From the IMG/VR virus record IMGVR_UViG_3300010885_031309: DNA of 64,000 nt; one strand, given 5' to 3'. Positions 39,865 through 49,009 of the stretch are shown here, in pieces (the first letter of the stretch is position 1; the number at the start of each line of letters is the position of its first letter). A program made the translations under genes and the position numbers. Source of the stretch: a virus (Duplodnaviria > Caudoviricetes). Below the pieces are notes generated by a model. That model saw nothing but the letters and a program-made list of their open reading frames with translations, ran no database searches and was not told the origin of the DNA.

Positions 39865-40086
39865 TTAGAGGCCGGGACCAGCTACCGGGGGACTATATTG
39901 CTGTCTAATCTTTTTTAAATTTTTTGCTCTCTCGTATGCTTGAACCTCGTTCATGCGACGAATTTTATTTATTGCGGCTAATGTTAATCTGGTTTTACGA
40001 GTTTCCAACCAACGAGGCTGACTATTGTCATTCTCAATATCTTGAAAATTCGTCGGCACTGAGTTATAAAATTCCATTAACAGCAT
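39865..40086 (-). CDS. Small head-cluster protein
   Basis: 73 aa; ATAAATA 5 nt upstream. Confidence 0.75.
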   Translation of the reverse strand: MLLMEFYNSVPTNFQDIENDNSQPRWLETRKTRLTLAAINKIRRMNEVQAYERAKNLKKIRQQYSPPVAGPGL

Positions 40087-40100
40087 ATTACTATTTATCT

Positions 40101-43100
40101 TTATATTGCGGGAGGAGCAGTCTCTGGGCCAACTGCTGGCGGTGCACCCACTGGAGCAGTAACTTCTGGAGAGATACCTGGCATCTGCTCTTGACCCTCT
40201 GGAGGAATATTTTCTGCCGTTTCGGTGTCACTTTCAATGTCACTAGTGCTTAGTCCAATACTACGCAAATCTGTGCCCTTTGCTGTTTTTTCTTCGTCTT
40301 CTGGTTTACTATGCTCTTCATGCCATAACTTCTCGTTCTTCTTTATTTCTTCTTGACTTAGGCCCAAAAATCTTTCCATTGCAAATCTAGTAGATATGTA
40401 TGGTAGCTGTGCCACTGAATTAAACACATTTACTCTGACTTGATCAATTTCACTTTGACGATACGCTGCGAAATTTTGAGGGGGGTTAAATTTTAAATCA
40501 AATAAACCAGCGTCTATATTGAATCCACGCCAGCGTAAGAATAACTTGAACTCTTCATTCAATTTGCGAGCAATGTAACCCTGCAAACGCTCACAATATT
40601 GATTGAAACGATACTCTTGTATTAGTGCAGTTCCTACTTTTCCGTCTACTAATGGTCGCTCACTATCTTCTGGACCAGTTGGTAGATAACTACTTGGTAC
40701 ACGCAATCCTCGTGCAAGTCTGTTGTTGAAGTATCTAAGATCATCTATTTCCCCTAGATTGCTATTTTTCGTAAATACGCCAACGCTCAGGGCAAAAGTA
40801 TGATAATCATGATATATTTCATCGCCGTCAATTGTCAACGTGCCAACTGAGATCTCTTCTTCTAACCACTCAAGGGCAGCTACTCGGTGATTGTGCACGC
40901 TTTCTTTCACACGAAAGTCTTTCCATGACTTATATCCAAATTGTTGCACTAGTGAACGTCTGATGTTTCCTGGAGTGAACCCTTCTTCAACCTTCCAGTT
41001 ACGAACTTGTTTATCTTTGTTCAGTTCAACTAACTTATCTCGTAGAGATGACTTGTTCAATTCAGCAGCGATATTGTCAGCAGTTACTTCATGCGTAGTT
41101 TTTCCCTTGACCATATCAATAACAAACTTCAGCATGTCATGTGTATACTCAACTCGCTGTCTATCACTGTGCTTCTTCTTGCGCTCTTTGCCGCGCTCGT
41201 CGCTCCAATTGATGTAGTTCCATTCTCTGGTTTGATATGCACGTTGTTCACGAAGTTTCTCGGTCCACCCTGCACTCTGCTGCTGACAAACCCATGCATG
41301 GTATTCTTCATCAGTGCGCATTTTTTCTAGTTTTCGTGATGAGGCAATTTTGAATGCATCACGCGAATTTTGTGCTCTAGATTCACGATCATCTTCAGAT
41401 AGAGATTCAATATATTTTTTTATCGAGGCGCTCATCTTGTCCGTTATGAGCTGGCGTTCTTCATCAGTAAGATTGCTCCAGAACTGTCTAAGACCATCGA
41501 CAAAGTTTTCTTTTTGTTCAGGTGTTGTGTTTTCCCATCGTTTTTTTTGCGCTATTGAATTATTCTTGCAAATTTTCCTATATTCATTTATATTATTTTC
41601 TTTGATAATTTGAATTCGCTGTGTGTTGTGGTCAGCGTGATACTTGATATGGTCACTGAATGACATCCAGCATAGATTTTGCGGATCATTGTTGAATCTA
41701 TTGAAGTCTTTATGATGTCTGACTTCATACAATCCATTACTGGTGGACGAATCATGAACATGATAACACACGAGGGTATCTTTTAGATAGTCAGCGACTG
41801 TTCGGTGAGTAAACTTCCACTCTTTTGCCTCATTGTCGTAATACTGTTCATATTCATTTTTGCTTTTTCCAAGATATTCTTTCTTTCTATATAGAGGAAT
41901 CATACTGTCGCCCACAACAAATTCGTCGGCGCGCTTGAATTCTTGTTCATATACTGGAAATTTATGTTCCGGTGTACAGATAATATGCTCACCGTTATCA
42001 AGAGTAATCTTTAGCACTTTCGCACGAGGCTTAGTTACGCCGGCCCATGTAATTAGTCCAGGGACTACTTTTCCAGTAAGTGGCTCACAACTGTATGTCC
42101 ATAGCTGTTTGCCAGTTTTCATTTCACTTTCAATTTCAGCAATAGATAGTTCTCTGCCATCCAATAACGAAACTCTAGTATCCATGCTAAAACATCCGCC
42201 CGGCAGTGTAGTAACATCACTACCACGACCGTCTGCTGTTACTGGAAAGAAGTAGTCCTCATTGATTGAGTTTTTAATGAAGATTCCAGAATCAATCGCA
42301 AAAGTATGATAGTTGTGCCATCTTTCGGTTCCATCAATAGTTATAGTGCCGGTATCACGATTGCTAACTCGCTCAATACTTACTACGCGATGGTTAAACT
42401 GTTCAATTGAGCTAACGAAATGTTTCCAATTTTTATATCCGAATTGTGTAATTAGACGATTAATTTTCTTTTCGCCAAATTGATTCAAATTAATTTTATT
42501 TTGCGTAGCACTATCACTCATCTCAGAGTTGTGCTGTCTTACAAGTTCAAGTAGCTTTTCATCGCTTGAACACAAATCAATAATTTTCTTTTTGTTTTTA
42601 CCGTGAGCTTTGACTTTTTCTACTACTAACTGAAGCATGTCAAATGTCATCGTGAGCTTTTGGTTATTAAACTTTACTCTGTTTTCTAAATTTTTATTAA
42701 GTTGCTGGGCAAAAGCTGGATTATTTTTAATATATTCTTTTCTGGACTTACTTGCATTTATTGAATATTTTGCTGCATGTTCTGAGTCATTATTGCGAAG
42801 CCACACTGCTTTAGTCTGCGCTGCACGAATGCGGTACAGAGCAATATGACGCTCATGCTCGGTCATTATATTCCAGTTCTGTTTTACAGTTTCTGAAATT
42901 TTACCAGTAAGCTCAGCACGATATTCTTCTGTCATGGTTTTCCAAAAATCAGATTCCTGTGCAGCGTGATACAGTATATGATCCTTCTTGTTCATGTATG
43001 TTAGATTGCGCGGATCATTATTGAATCTGTTATAATCACGGTGATGTATTACTGTTTTTTCTGCGCCAATATTTTCTGAAAGATATGTATACTCTTGATG

Positions 43101-44555
43101 TTTTTCAATCTTTCTAAAAAACTCGCCTACCATGCGATGAGTCCACACCCACTCGCGAGTTTCATGATCCCATACTTGTTGATATTCGCTTGATTTTTCA
43201 CCACTGATTTTTTCGTTTCTCACATTGAACGCTATCAGACTATCTTCTGCTGTCAAATTTTGTGCTTCAACAAATCCTTTGCCGAATACTGGAATTTTGT
43301 GATCAGGTGTGCATGTTAAAGTTTTTCCATTATCTAGTGTTACTTTGATAACTTCGGTGTTCTTGCGTGTAATACCTGCCCAGTTAATTACACCTGGTAC
43401 TACTTTACCAGTGACTGGATCACAACTATAGGTCCAGTTTTCTTTACCAGATTCAAACTCACGAATTAACTCCTGTAATTCCAGAGTTCGTCCATCCAAT
43501 AGTGGAATTCGTGTACTTAAATCCAAGCAAAGTGGATTATATGTAGCATCCATTACACTCTGTCCGCCATGAACACTTGGTATTCTTCGCTGATGAATTT
43601 CGTCTTTAATTCTATTAACGAATGCCATAGCCAAGTGACTTGGCATATTTCCAACATCTATTTTGAATATTCTGCGCTCTGGTGCCCGTTGAACACGATA
43701 TATTAGAATAGCGTCTTCTAATAATTCTTTCTGCTTATAAACTTTGAATATATTTTCAAGTATACTTTGTCCAAATGGCCAATAACGGTCAAGTCCTTCA
43801 GTCAAGCTAAGATGCACTACATGCTTAGCATCTATAGCAGCTTCGTTAATACCCAAGCTAAATCTACTGCCCGTGGTTCCATAAGGTTCGTTTGGAACAG
43901 TATAGCTGTATGGAGCACTGTACCCAGCGGTAGGTGGCTGTGCTTGAAAGTCAGTAGTAGTCTTTTCAGCAATACTTAAATTTTGTAAATTTGGATTAAT
44001 ATCTTTGATTACATACTGCTCAGGCTTCTTGCCCTCACTCTCGTTGACAATAACTTTGACGACCTTTGTCATGTCAGTCCAATACAGTTTGAAATTTTCT
44101 GGGTCACGAACAAAAACCTGATCACCGTACTTTACTGTGTTGCGAAATATCTTAAATATTCTGGTGTCCAACTCATTCAATTTACACCACTGCTGTAATT
44201 GCTTTACTACTAGTTCAACTTCAGTAGTAGTGGGATCATCATTAAACTGTATCTCAAACGGCGTATTGTTGTGTTCATTCATCTGTGTACTAAATTCAGA
44301 AAGAATGTCCAAACATGCGTTTATTTCAGGATCCACATCCATCATTTCATACTGATTGTATCGCTCTATGCGATTTGGATGTCCTGTATAGACTTCTGGC
44401 AGTCTGCTTTGATAGTTTCTAAAAGCAAAATCATTGTTCCAGCCGCCAGTTGGTTCTTTATTCATACCAGCGTTCCATGAGCCGGTATTACTGTTCATAC
44501 CGCTTATTGGACTTAGTGAACCGTGTTGATTTGTGAATTTTCGTTTATATGACAT
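40101..44555 (-). CDS. gp20: Portal vertex protein with two inteins (mature ~587 aa)
   Basis: LEDAILIYRVQRAPERRIFKIDVGNMP, EDYFFP, NLGEIDD and LRVPSSYL motifs. Confidence 0.95.
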   Translation of the reverse strand: MSYKRKFTNQHGSLSPISGMNSNTGSWNAGMNKEPTGGWNNDFAFRNYQSRLPEVYTGHPNRIERYNQYEMMDVDPEINACLDILSEFSTQMNEHNNTPFEIQFNDDPTTTEVELVVKQLQQWCKLNELDTRIFKIFRNTVKYGDQVFVRDPENFKLYWTDMTKVVKVIVNESEGKKPEQYVIKDINPNLQNLSIAEKTTTDFQAQPPTAGYSAPYSYTVPNEPYGTTGSRFSLGINEAAIDAKHVVHLSLTEGLDRYWPFGQSILENIFKVYKQKELLEDAILIYRVQRAPERRIFKIDVGNMPSHLAMAFVNRIKDEIHQRRIPSVHGGQSVMDATYNPLCLDLSTRIPLLDGRTLELQELIREFESGKENWTYSCDPVTGKVVPGVINWAGITRKNTEVIKVTLDNGKTLTCTPDHKIPVFGKGFVEAQNLTAEDSLIAFNVRNEKISGEKSSEYQQVWDHETREWVWTHRMVGEFFRKIEKHQEYTYLSENIGAEKTVIHHRDYNRFNNDPRNLTYMNKKDHILYHAAQESDFWKTMTEEYRAELTGKISETVKQNWNIMTEHERHIALYRIRAAQTKAVWLRNNDSEHAAKYSINASKSRKEYIKNNPAFAQQLNKNLENRVKFNNQKLTMTFDMLQLVVEKVKAHGKNKKKIIDLCSSDEKLLELVRQHNSEMSDSATQNKINLNQFGEKKINRLITQFGYKNWKHFVSSIEQFNHRVVSIERVSNRDTGTITIDGTERWHNYHTFAIDSGIFIKNSINEDYFFPVTADGRGSDVTTLPGGCFSMDTRVSLLDGRELSIAEIESEMKTGKQLWTYSCEPLTGKVVPGLITWAGVTKPRAKVLKITLDNGEHIICTPEHKFPVYEQEFKRADEFVVGDSMIPLYRKKEYLGKSKNEYEQYYDNEAKEWKFTHRTVADYLKDTLVCYHVHDSSTSNGLYEVRHHKDFNRFNNDPQNLCWMSFSDHIKYHADHNTQRIQIIKENNINEYRKICKNNSIAQKKRWENTTPEQKENFVDGLRQFWSNLTDEERQLITDKMSASIKKYIESLSEDDRESRAQNSRDAFKIASSRKLEKMRTDEEYHAWVCQQQSAGWTEKLREQRAYQTREWNYINWSDERGKERKKKHSDRQRVEYTHDMLKFVIDMVKGKTTHEVTADNIAAELNKSSLRDKLVELNKDKQVRNWKVEEGFTPGNIRRSLVQQFGYKSWKDFRVKESVHNHRVAALEWLEEEISVGTLTIDGDEIYHDYHTFALSVGVFTKNSNLGEIDDLRYFNNRLARGLRVPSSYLPTGPEDSERPLVDGKVGTALIQEYRFNQYCERLQGYIARKLNEEFKLFLRWRGFNIDAGLFDLKFNPPQNFAAYRQSEIDQVRVNVFNSVAQLPYISTRFAMERFLGLSQEEIKKNEKLWHEEHSKPEDEEKTAKGTDLRSIGLSTSDIESDTETAENIPPEGQEQMPGISPEVTAPVGAPPAVGPETAPPAI
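40764..42194 (-). mobile_element. Portal intein 2 (477 aa) with HNH-type endonuclease
   Basis: LPGG|CFSMDTRVSLLDG...CTPEHKF...HHKDFNRFNN...VFTKN|SNLGE. Confidence 0.92.
42270..43529 (-). mobile_element. Portal intein 1 (420 aa) with HNH-type endonuclease
   Basis: YNPL|CLDLSTRIPLLDG...CTPDHKI...HHRDYNRFNN...IFIKN|SINED. Confidence 0.92.
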
Positions 44556-44625
44556 GAGAGAACTGCTTTTAGTTATTTATCAAATTTTTTAATGAGTAAA
44601 TTTGTTAGTAACCAATACACGGTGT

Positions 44626-47499
44626 TTAAGCCATGTTACTTAACATATTTCGCTGAATGTTTTTAGTAGAATTTAATATATCACTCATAGCTCTTGCATG
44701 ATCATTGTTTATTTTTGATTGAGCAATCAGTTCCAACAATTTGTTGTTAGCAGCTTCTTGTGATTGTTTGAGTTCAGATATAGAATTTTTAAATATCTCA
44801 GCTAGATTTGCTATTTCAAAATTGTCTAAATTTTTTACTGAAGACATGTACTGTTGATTACGAATCTCAACTGGCATAGAGTCGGCGAATGCTGGAAGAT
44901 AATTATTTTTAATTTCAACTGGAATTGTTTTGTCATCCAATGTCACTCGTTGCTGCTGTGATTGATTGCGTATTTCAACTGGAATTGTTTTGTCATCCAA
45001 TGTCACTCGTTGCTGCTGTGATTGATTGCGTATTTCAACTGGAATAACTTCTGTTGAAAATTTCTGAATTAATTCGCTAATGTCAGATGATATTGACTTA
45101 ATATCAGCAAAATTGTTGTAATCATTGATTACATTAACTCTCATAGGATCAGAGAATTGTGGTAACGATTTATTCTGTATTTCAACTGGAATTGTTTTTC
45201 CATCCAATGTTAAAGTTCTAGCTTGATTACGAATTTCAACTGGTATTGTTCTACCATCTGGTAGCGGAACAACTGCTTCTGGTCCTGCTTCGCCGGCTAT
45301 TGATATACCGCGTGTAACTCCGCCGGCGGCCATTAACTCAGCGTGAAAATGCGGGCCGGTACCATGTTTCTGTCTATGATAAGCATCTTTTACGTCATTA
45401 AATCCAATACTTTTTAAGTATGCAACTATTCTATCGGAGTCCTCTGCCGTTGCTGGTCCTGGGTCCATAGTAAAGTCAACTGCTTTTCCAAGTTTGTGTT
45501 TACTAGTTTCAGTCTTGTTTTCTGGGTCCCAATGATATAGATCATTAAAAGCAGCAATAGTAGTACCAGGGAACTCCTTGGAGAATTTTTTCATCAATTC
45601 AATAACTTTGTCTTCGTTTGCAATTGCTTCTTTTTGTTGTTCTGCTGGGACTTTCTTAATTCCACCAACAGATTCCGCACTTTTAATTCTTAATCCACTG
45701 TATTTTTTGTCTAGTCCGGTTGTCCCAGATCCTAAATTCTGGTTTTGTCCAACTCCTGTTTTTTTCGTGTCTTCAAGTCTTATTTTTGCTGTTTCCTCGT
45801 CTGCTGTTTTTCTAGCTTCTGCGACTTTATCTTTTTTTCCTTCATGTTGTTTTCGCAATTCTACTAAAGATTTTTCACTTGAAATTATTTGATTTTGAAG
45901 ATCTTGAATTCTTCTTTCTCGTATATTTTTATCTGTTTTTGTCTCATCTGCTGGGGGGACATAAGTGTCCAGTTTGTGTTTTTCTTTTTTAAGTTTGTCT
46001 ACTTCTTTTTCTTGATCTATCAACGTTGACCTTGCCTTACGCTCATCATCAAGTACTTCATTTAATTTCAATCTTGCTTTAACATCAGCCGGAATTTCTT
46101 TGCCAGCGAGTTCATATAATTTTTCGGTAAGAAAATCAACTCCACTTGCCATCTTACTAATAGCCCAAGTAGCAGTATCGCTAGCTGTCCATAATTTTTC
46201 TAAAGTCACTCCAGTATTGTATAGTGACTGTTTTGCTTTTGCCAACTCTGCATTTTGGCCCTCAGTTTCCTTTAAGTTTTTTCGTTGCTCATCAGATAAT
46301 TTTTTAACTTCTTCTGGAGTTAATTCAGCACGATTAGCATAATTTCTGTTTTGTGCGAATGATTTAGTGTAAAGTGCTGCATCACCGATATATTGACCCA
46401 ATTGTCCCATTGGTCCAATAGTTTGTTTTAACGAAGCTCGTAATCGTCTATCAGCTTCAAATTGATCTATCGCTCCCGCTCTAAATTGAGCGATAATATC
46501 ACCAGCTACTCCCCCTGTTTGTTGAACTAATTGTTTGGCGGCATCAGTAGTAACCGATCCACTCATCATGTCTCTAAAACCCTGAGCTAAGTCTGGAGCA
46601 CTCTTTTGAATAATGATATTCAAATCATTAGCTGATTTTTGAACTGATTCTGGTAATTGTGCTAGCGCAGCAGCAAATCGCGTCTCACTCATAGCAGCAT
46701 CACGCTGAGCTTGAATATCTTTTCTATTCAAACCTGTTATCTTACTTAATTGATCCAACTCTTGGATATAAATTTTTGTACCATCTGCCAAGTCTTTTGT
46801 TTGTTTACCCTGTCTTAATCCCCAATTAGTTTGTTGAGAGATATAAGTCAACTGCATATCATTAAAATCTGCAACACCGATTCCCAATTTCTGGAAATCT
46901 TGTCTCATTAATCTACTCTCTGACGAGATTTGTTCAAATTCTTTTCTACCGGCTACGGCAGATCCGCCAAAATTACTTAATTCTTTACTGAATTTTGTTA
47001 GTGTCTTGGCACTATCACCATAATTCATTCCAGTTCGTTCTAAGATTTCATTTAAATCTAAAAACGACTGTACTGTTCCAACTTCAGATAGTTGCTCAAA
47101 AATCGTGTAAGCGCGGTCAAAATTCTTGGTTAATTCTTTTGCAACTTCCCCGCCAGCTTCTAGAAATCCCTTGGCAATGCCAGAAAAAGGCCCAAGTATT
47201 CCGGCAAGCGATGATAATCCCTTTACAGTAAGATCTATGACACCGTTTAGTGCAGTAAATGATCCTCCTCCCTGCTGAAACTGATTACTCAGTGACAGTA
47301 AATTATTCGCAACACGTTGAATAGCTGCGGCTTGTTTTTCGTATGACTCTTTTCTCTTCTTATCTAGCTTCTCTGATTCACCAACAGAAGACTCAACTGC
47401 ATTTTGAACCAAACCGCCAGTAGTGCGAGCAGCCGCACCTAGAGCTTGTAAACCGCGTATCGCTTCTTCAATAGAGTCTGGATCAAAATTAGTAGTCAT
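44626..47499 (-). CDS. Tape-measure-like protein with an M15-type peptidase domain
   Basis: Long helical Ala/Gly-rich body; SKHKLGKAVDF and GPHFHAE motifs; AGEAGPEAVVPL. Confidence 0.7.
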   Translation of the reverse strand: MTTNFDPDSIEEAIRGLQALGAAARTTGGLVQNAVESSVGESEKLDKKRKESYEKQAAAIQRVANNLLSLSNQFQQGGGSFTALNGVIDLTVKGLSSLAGILGPFSGIAKGFLEAGGEVAKELTKNFDRAYTIFEQLSEVGTVQSFLDLNEILERTGMNYGDSAKTLTKFSKELSNFGGSAVAGRKEFEQISSESRLMRQDFQKLGIGVADFNDMQLTYISQQTNWGLRQGKQTKDLADGTKIYIQELDQLSKITGLNRKDIQAQRDAAMSETRFAAALAQLPESVQKSANDLNIIIQKSAPDLAQGFRDMMSGSVTTDAAKQLVQQTGGVAGDIIAQFRAGAIDQFEADRRLRASLKQTIGPMGQLGQYIGDAALYTKSFAQNRNYANRAELTPEEVKKLSDEQRKNLKETEGQNAELAKAKQSLYNTGVTLEKLWTASDTATWAISKMASGVDFLTEKLYELAGKEIPADVKARLKLNEVLDDERKARSTLIDQEKEVDKLKKEKHKLDTYVPPADETKTDKNIRERRIQDLQNQIISSEKSLVELRKQHEGKKDKVAEARKTADEETAKIRLEDTKKTGVGQNQNLGSGTTGLDKKYSGLRIKSAESVGGIKKVPAEQQKEAIANEDKVIELMKKFSKEFPGTTIAAFNDLYHWDPENKTETSKHKLGKAVDFTMDPGPATAEDSDRIVAYLKSIGFNDVKDAYHRQKHGTGPHFHAELMAAGGVTRGISIAGEAGPEAVVPLPDGRTIPVEIRNQARTLTLDGKTIPVEIQNKSLPQFSDPMRVNVINDYNNFADIKSISSDISELIQKFSTEVIPVEIRNQSQQQRVTLDDKTIPVEIRNQSQQQRVTLDDKTIPVEIKNNYLPAFADSMPVEIRNQQYMSSVKNLDNFEIANLAEIFKNSISELKQSQEAANNKLLELIAQSKINNDHARAMSDILNSTKNIQRNMLSNMA
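44912..45045 (-). repeat. Exact 60-bp tandem duplication within a PVEI repeat region
   Basis: Units start at 44912, 44972 and 45032 (partial). Confidence 0.95.
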
Positions 47500-47560
47500 A
47501 TTTTACCAAATAAATAATATAAGTATTTATCAATATTAAAATTAGCAAACAGGACACAAC

Positions 47561-48385
47561 ATGACCAACAATCCACTACAGCAATATTTTCGCAGACCAG
47601 CAATTTATATTAAGCTTCCGAGTCAAAACAAATATTATGATCAAAGCGTCATTGAACCAACTCAAACAGGAGAATTACCAGTCTATCCAATGACTGCACT
47701 GGATGAAATAACCAGTAAGACTCCAGACGCAGTGTTTAACGGACACGCAGTAGTAGATATTATTCATAGCTGCATGCCAAATATTAAAAACGCATGGGAG
47801 ATCAACAGTGTTGATCTGGACGCTATTCTTATTGCAATCAAAGTAGCCAGCACTGGTGAAAAAATGGAGATTGGAACGGTCTGTCCAAATTGCAGCACTG
47901 ATGCAACATACGATATCAGTCTAATTCAAGTGTTAAGTCAACAGCAGAATGTTGACTATGAAAAAACATTAAAAATCAGAGAATTGGAAATTAAGTTCAA
48001 ACCACTTTCATTTGCAGAAGCAAACAAAAACAATCTGGCACAGTTTGAATTACAAAAATTCCTACGAGACAGTCAATCTTATGAAGATAGTCCTGAAAAG
48101 GAACAAACAATACGCGATACTATCACCAAGTTGAATTCTCTTTTTTCAGAGATTATTAGTGGAACTGTAGAGTACATTAAAACTCCAGAATCTACTGTAC
48201 ACGAGAGAGAATTTATTAATGAGTTTATGAATAACTGTGATAGAAATACCAACTTAGCGATTCGCGAATTCAGTGTTCAATTGCGAAACGAAAATCAATT
48301 GAAACCACTGAATATAAAATGCATGCATTGCTCACATGAGTACACACAGCAATTAATATTGAATATCACTGATTTTTTCGCTTAA
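47561..48385 (+). CDS. gp26: gp26-like baseplate hub assembly protein / tail assembly chaperone
   Basis: NPLQQYFRRPAIYIKLPS, VYPMTALDEI, C..C and CMHC motifs; ends DFFA*. Confidence 0.7.
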   Translation: MTNNPLQQYFRRPAIYIKLPSQNKYYDQSVIEPTQTGELPVYPMTALDEITSKTPDAVFNGHAVVDIIHSCMPNIKNAWEINSVDLDAILIAIKVASTGEKMEIGTVCPNCSTDATYDISLIQVLSQQQNVDYEKTLKIRELEIKFKPLSFAEANKNNLAQFELQKFLRDSQSYEDSPEKEQTIRDTITKLNSLFSEIISGTVEYIKTPESTVHEREFINEFMNNCDRNTNLAIREFSVQLRNENQLKPLNIKCMHCSHEYTQQLILNITDFFA

Positions 48386-48422
48386 AGCTTCTATCATTGG
48401 ATCATGCCGAAATGAAGAAGCT
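48373..48422 (+). promoter_or_regulatory. Putative programmed -1 ribosomal frameshift signal
   Basis: Slippery T TTT TTC at 48373-48379, 6-nt spacer, hairpin AGCTTCT-A-TCATT / AATGA-AGAAGCT at 48386-48422. Confidence 0.7.
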
Positions 48423-48609
48423 GGGCGAAGTCATGTGGCATGAAGCACTTGGCATCAAGGCTCAAGCAATTAAAATGGCTTGGTATACCCGAGGTAGCAT
48501 GCAATATGTAGATGTACTTAATTTGAGCAAAGACGAATTGGATCAGCTAAGTAAATTAGTTGATTCCAATATGGAAACTACTAAGAAGACCAAATTACCA
48601 TTCTTCTAA
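48373..48609 (+). CDS. -1-frame ORF (gp51-like), probably made as a frameshift fusion to the gp26-like protein
   Basis: The frame opens exactly at the T_TTT_TTC site; no clear SD before its own starts. Confidence 0.65.
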   Translation, partial: FFRLKLLSLDHAEMKKLGEVMWHEALGIKAQAIKMAWYTRGSMQYVDVLNLSKDELDQLSKLVDSNMETTKKTKLPFF

Positions 48610-48633
48610 TTTAGAATGGGCTGCAGCCCATTC

Positions 48634-48670
48634 GCCAGCAGCCTATCGGCGTGCTGGCTTTTTTCTTTTT
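48634..48670 (+). terminator. Rho-independent terminator
   Basis: GCCAGCA-GCC-TATC-GGC-G-TGCTGGC-TTTTTT. Confidence 0.8.
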
Positions 48671-48698
48671 GTAATCTCTCTCTGTTATATATTAATTA

Positions 48699-48886
48699 GA
48701 TGTATTTCCGTGATTTATGACAGCCATATATGTGATGCGTATTTCAGTGAGATATCTTAGTGACATATTAGTGATGTCTTAGTTATATCTCTCAATAATG
48801 CGTGTGTGATGTATTTCAGTTATGTCTTAGTGATTCATATGAATTAGTAGTCTGATATCTGTACAGATGTATTTCAGTGATATCAG
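48699..48886. repeat. Iteron-like repeats GATGTATTTCAGTGA (4 copies) with TCTTAGT(G/T)A units
   Basis: Copies at 48699, 48734, 48808 and 48866 in non-coding AT-rich DNA. Confidence 0.75.
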
Positions 48887-49009
48887 TAAAAACTAAATTA
48901 GTTGAAAAGAAGTCTGTTTGTGTCAGTCGGAGAGCGCAGCGAGAAGAACTGACACAAACATGGCTGTTGAGCAAAGCGAGACAGCCAACTGACTGTAATT
49001 ATTTGATAA

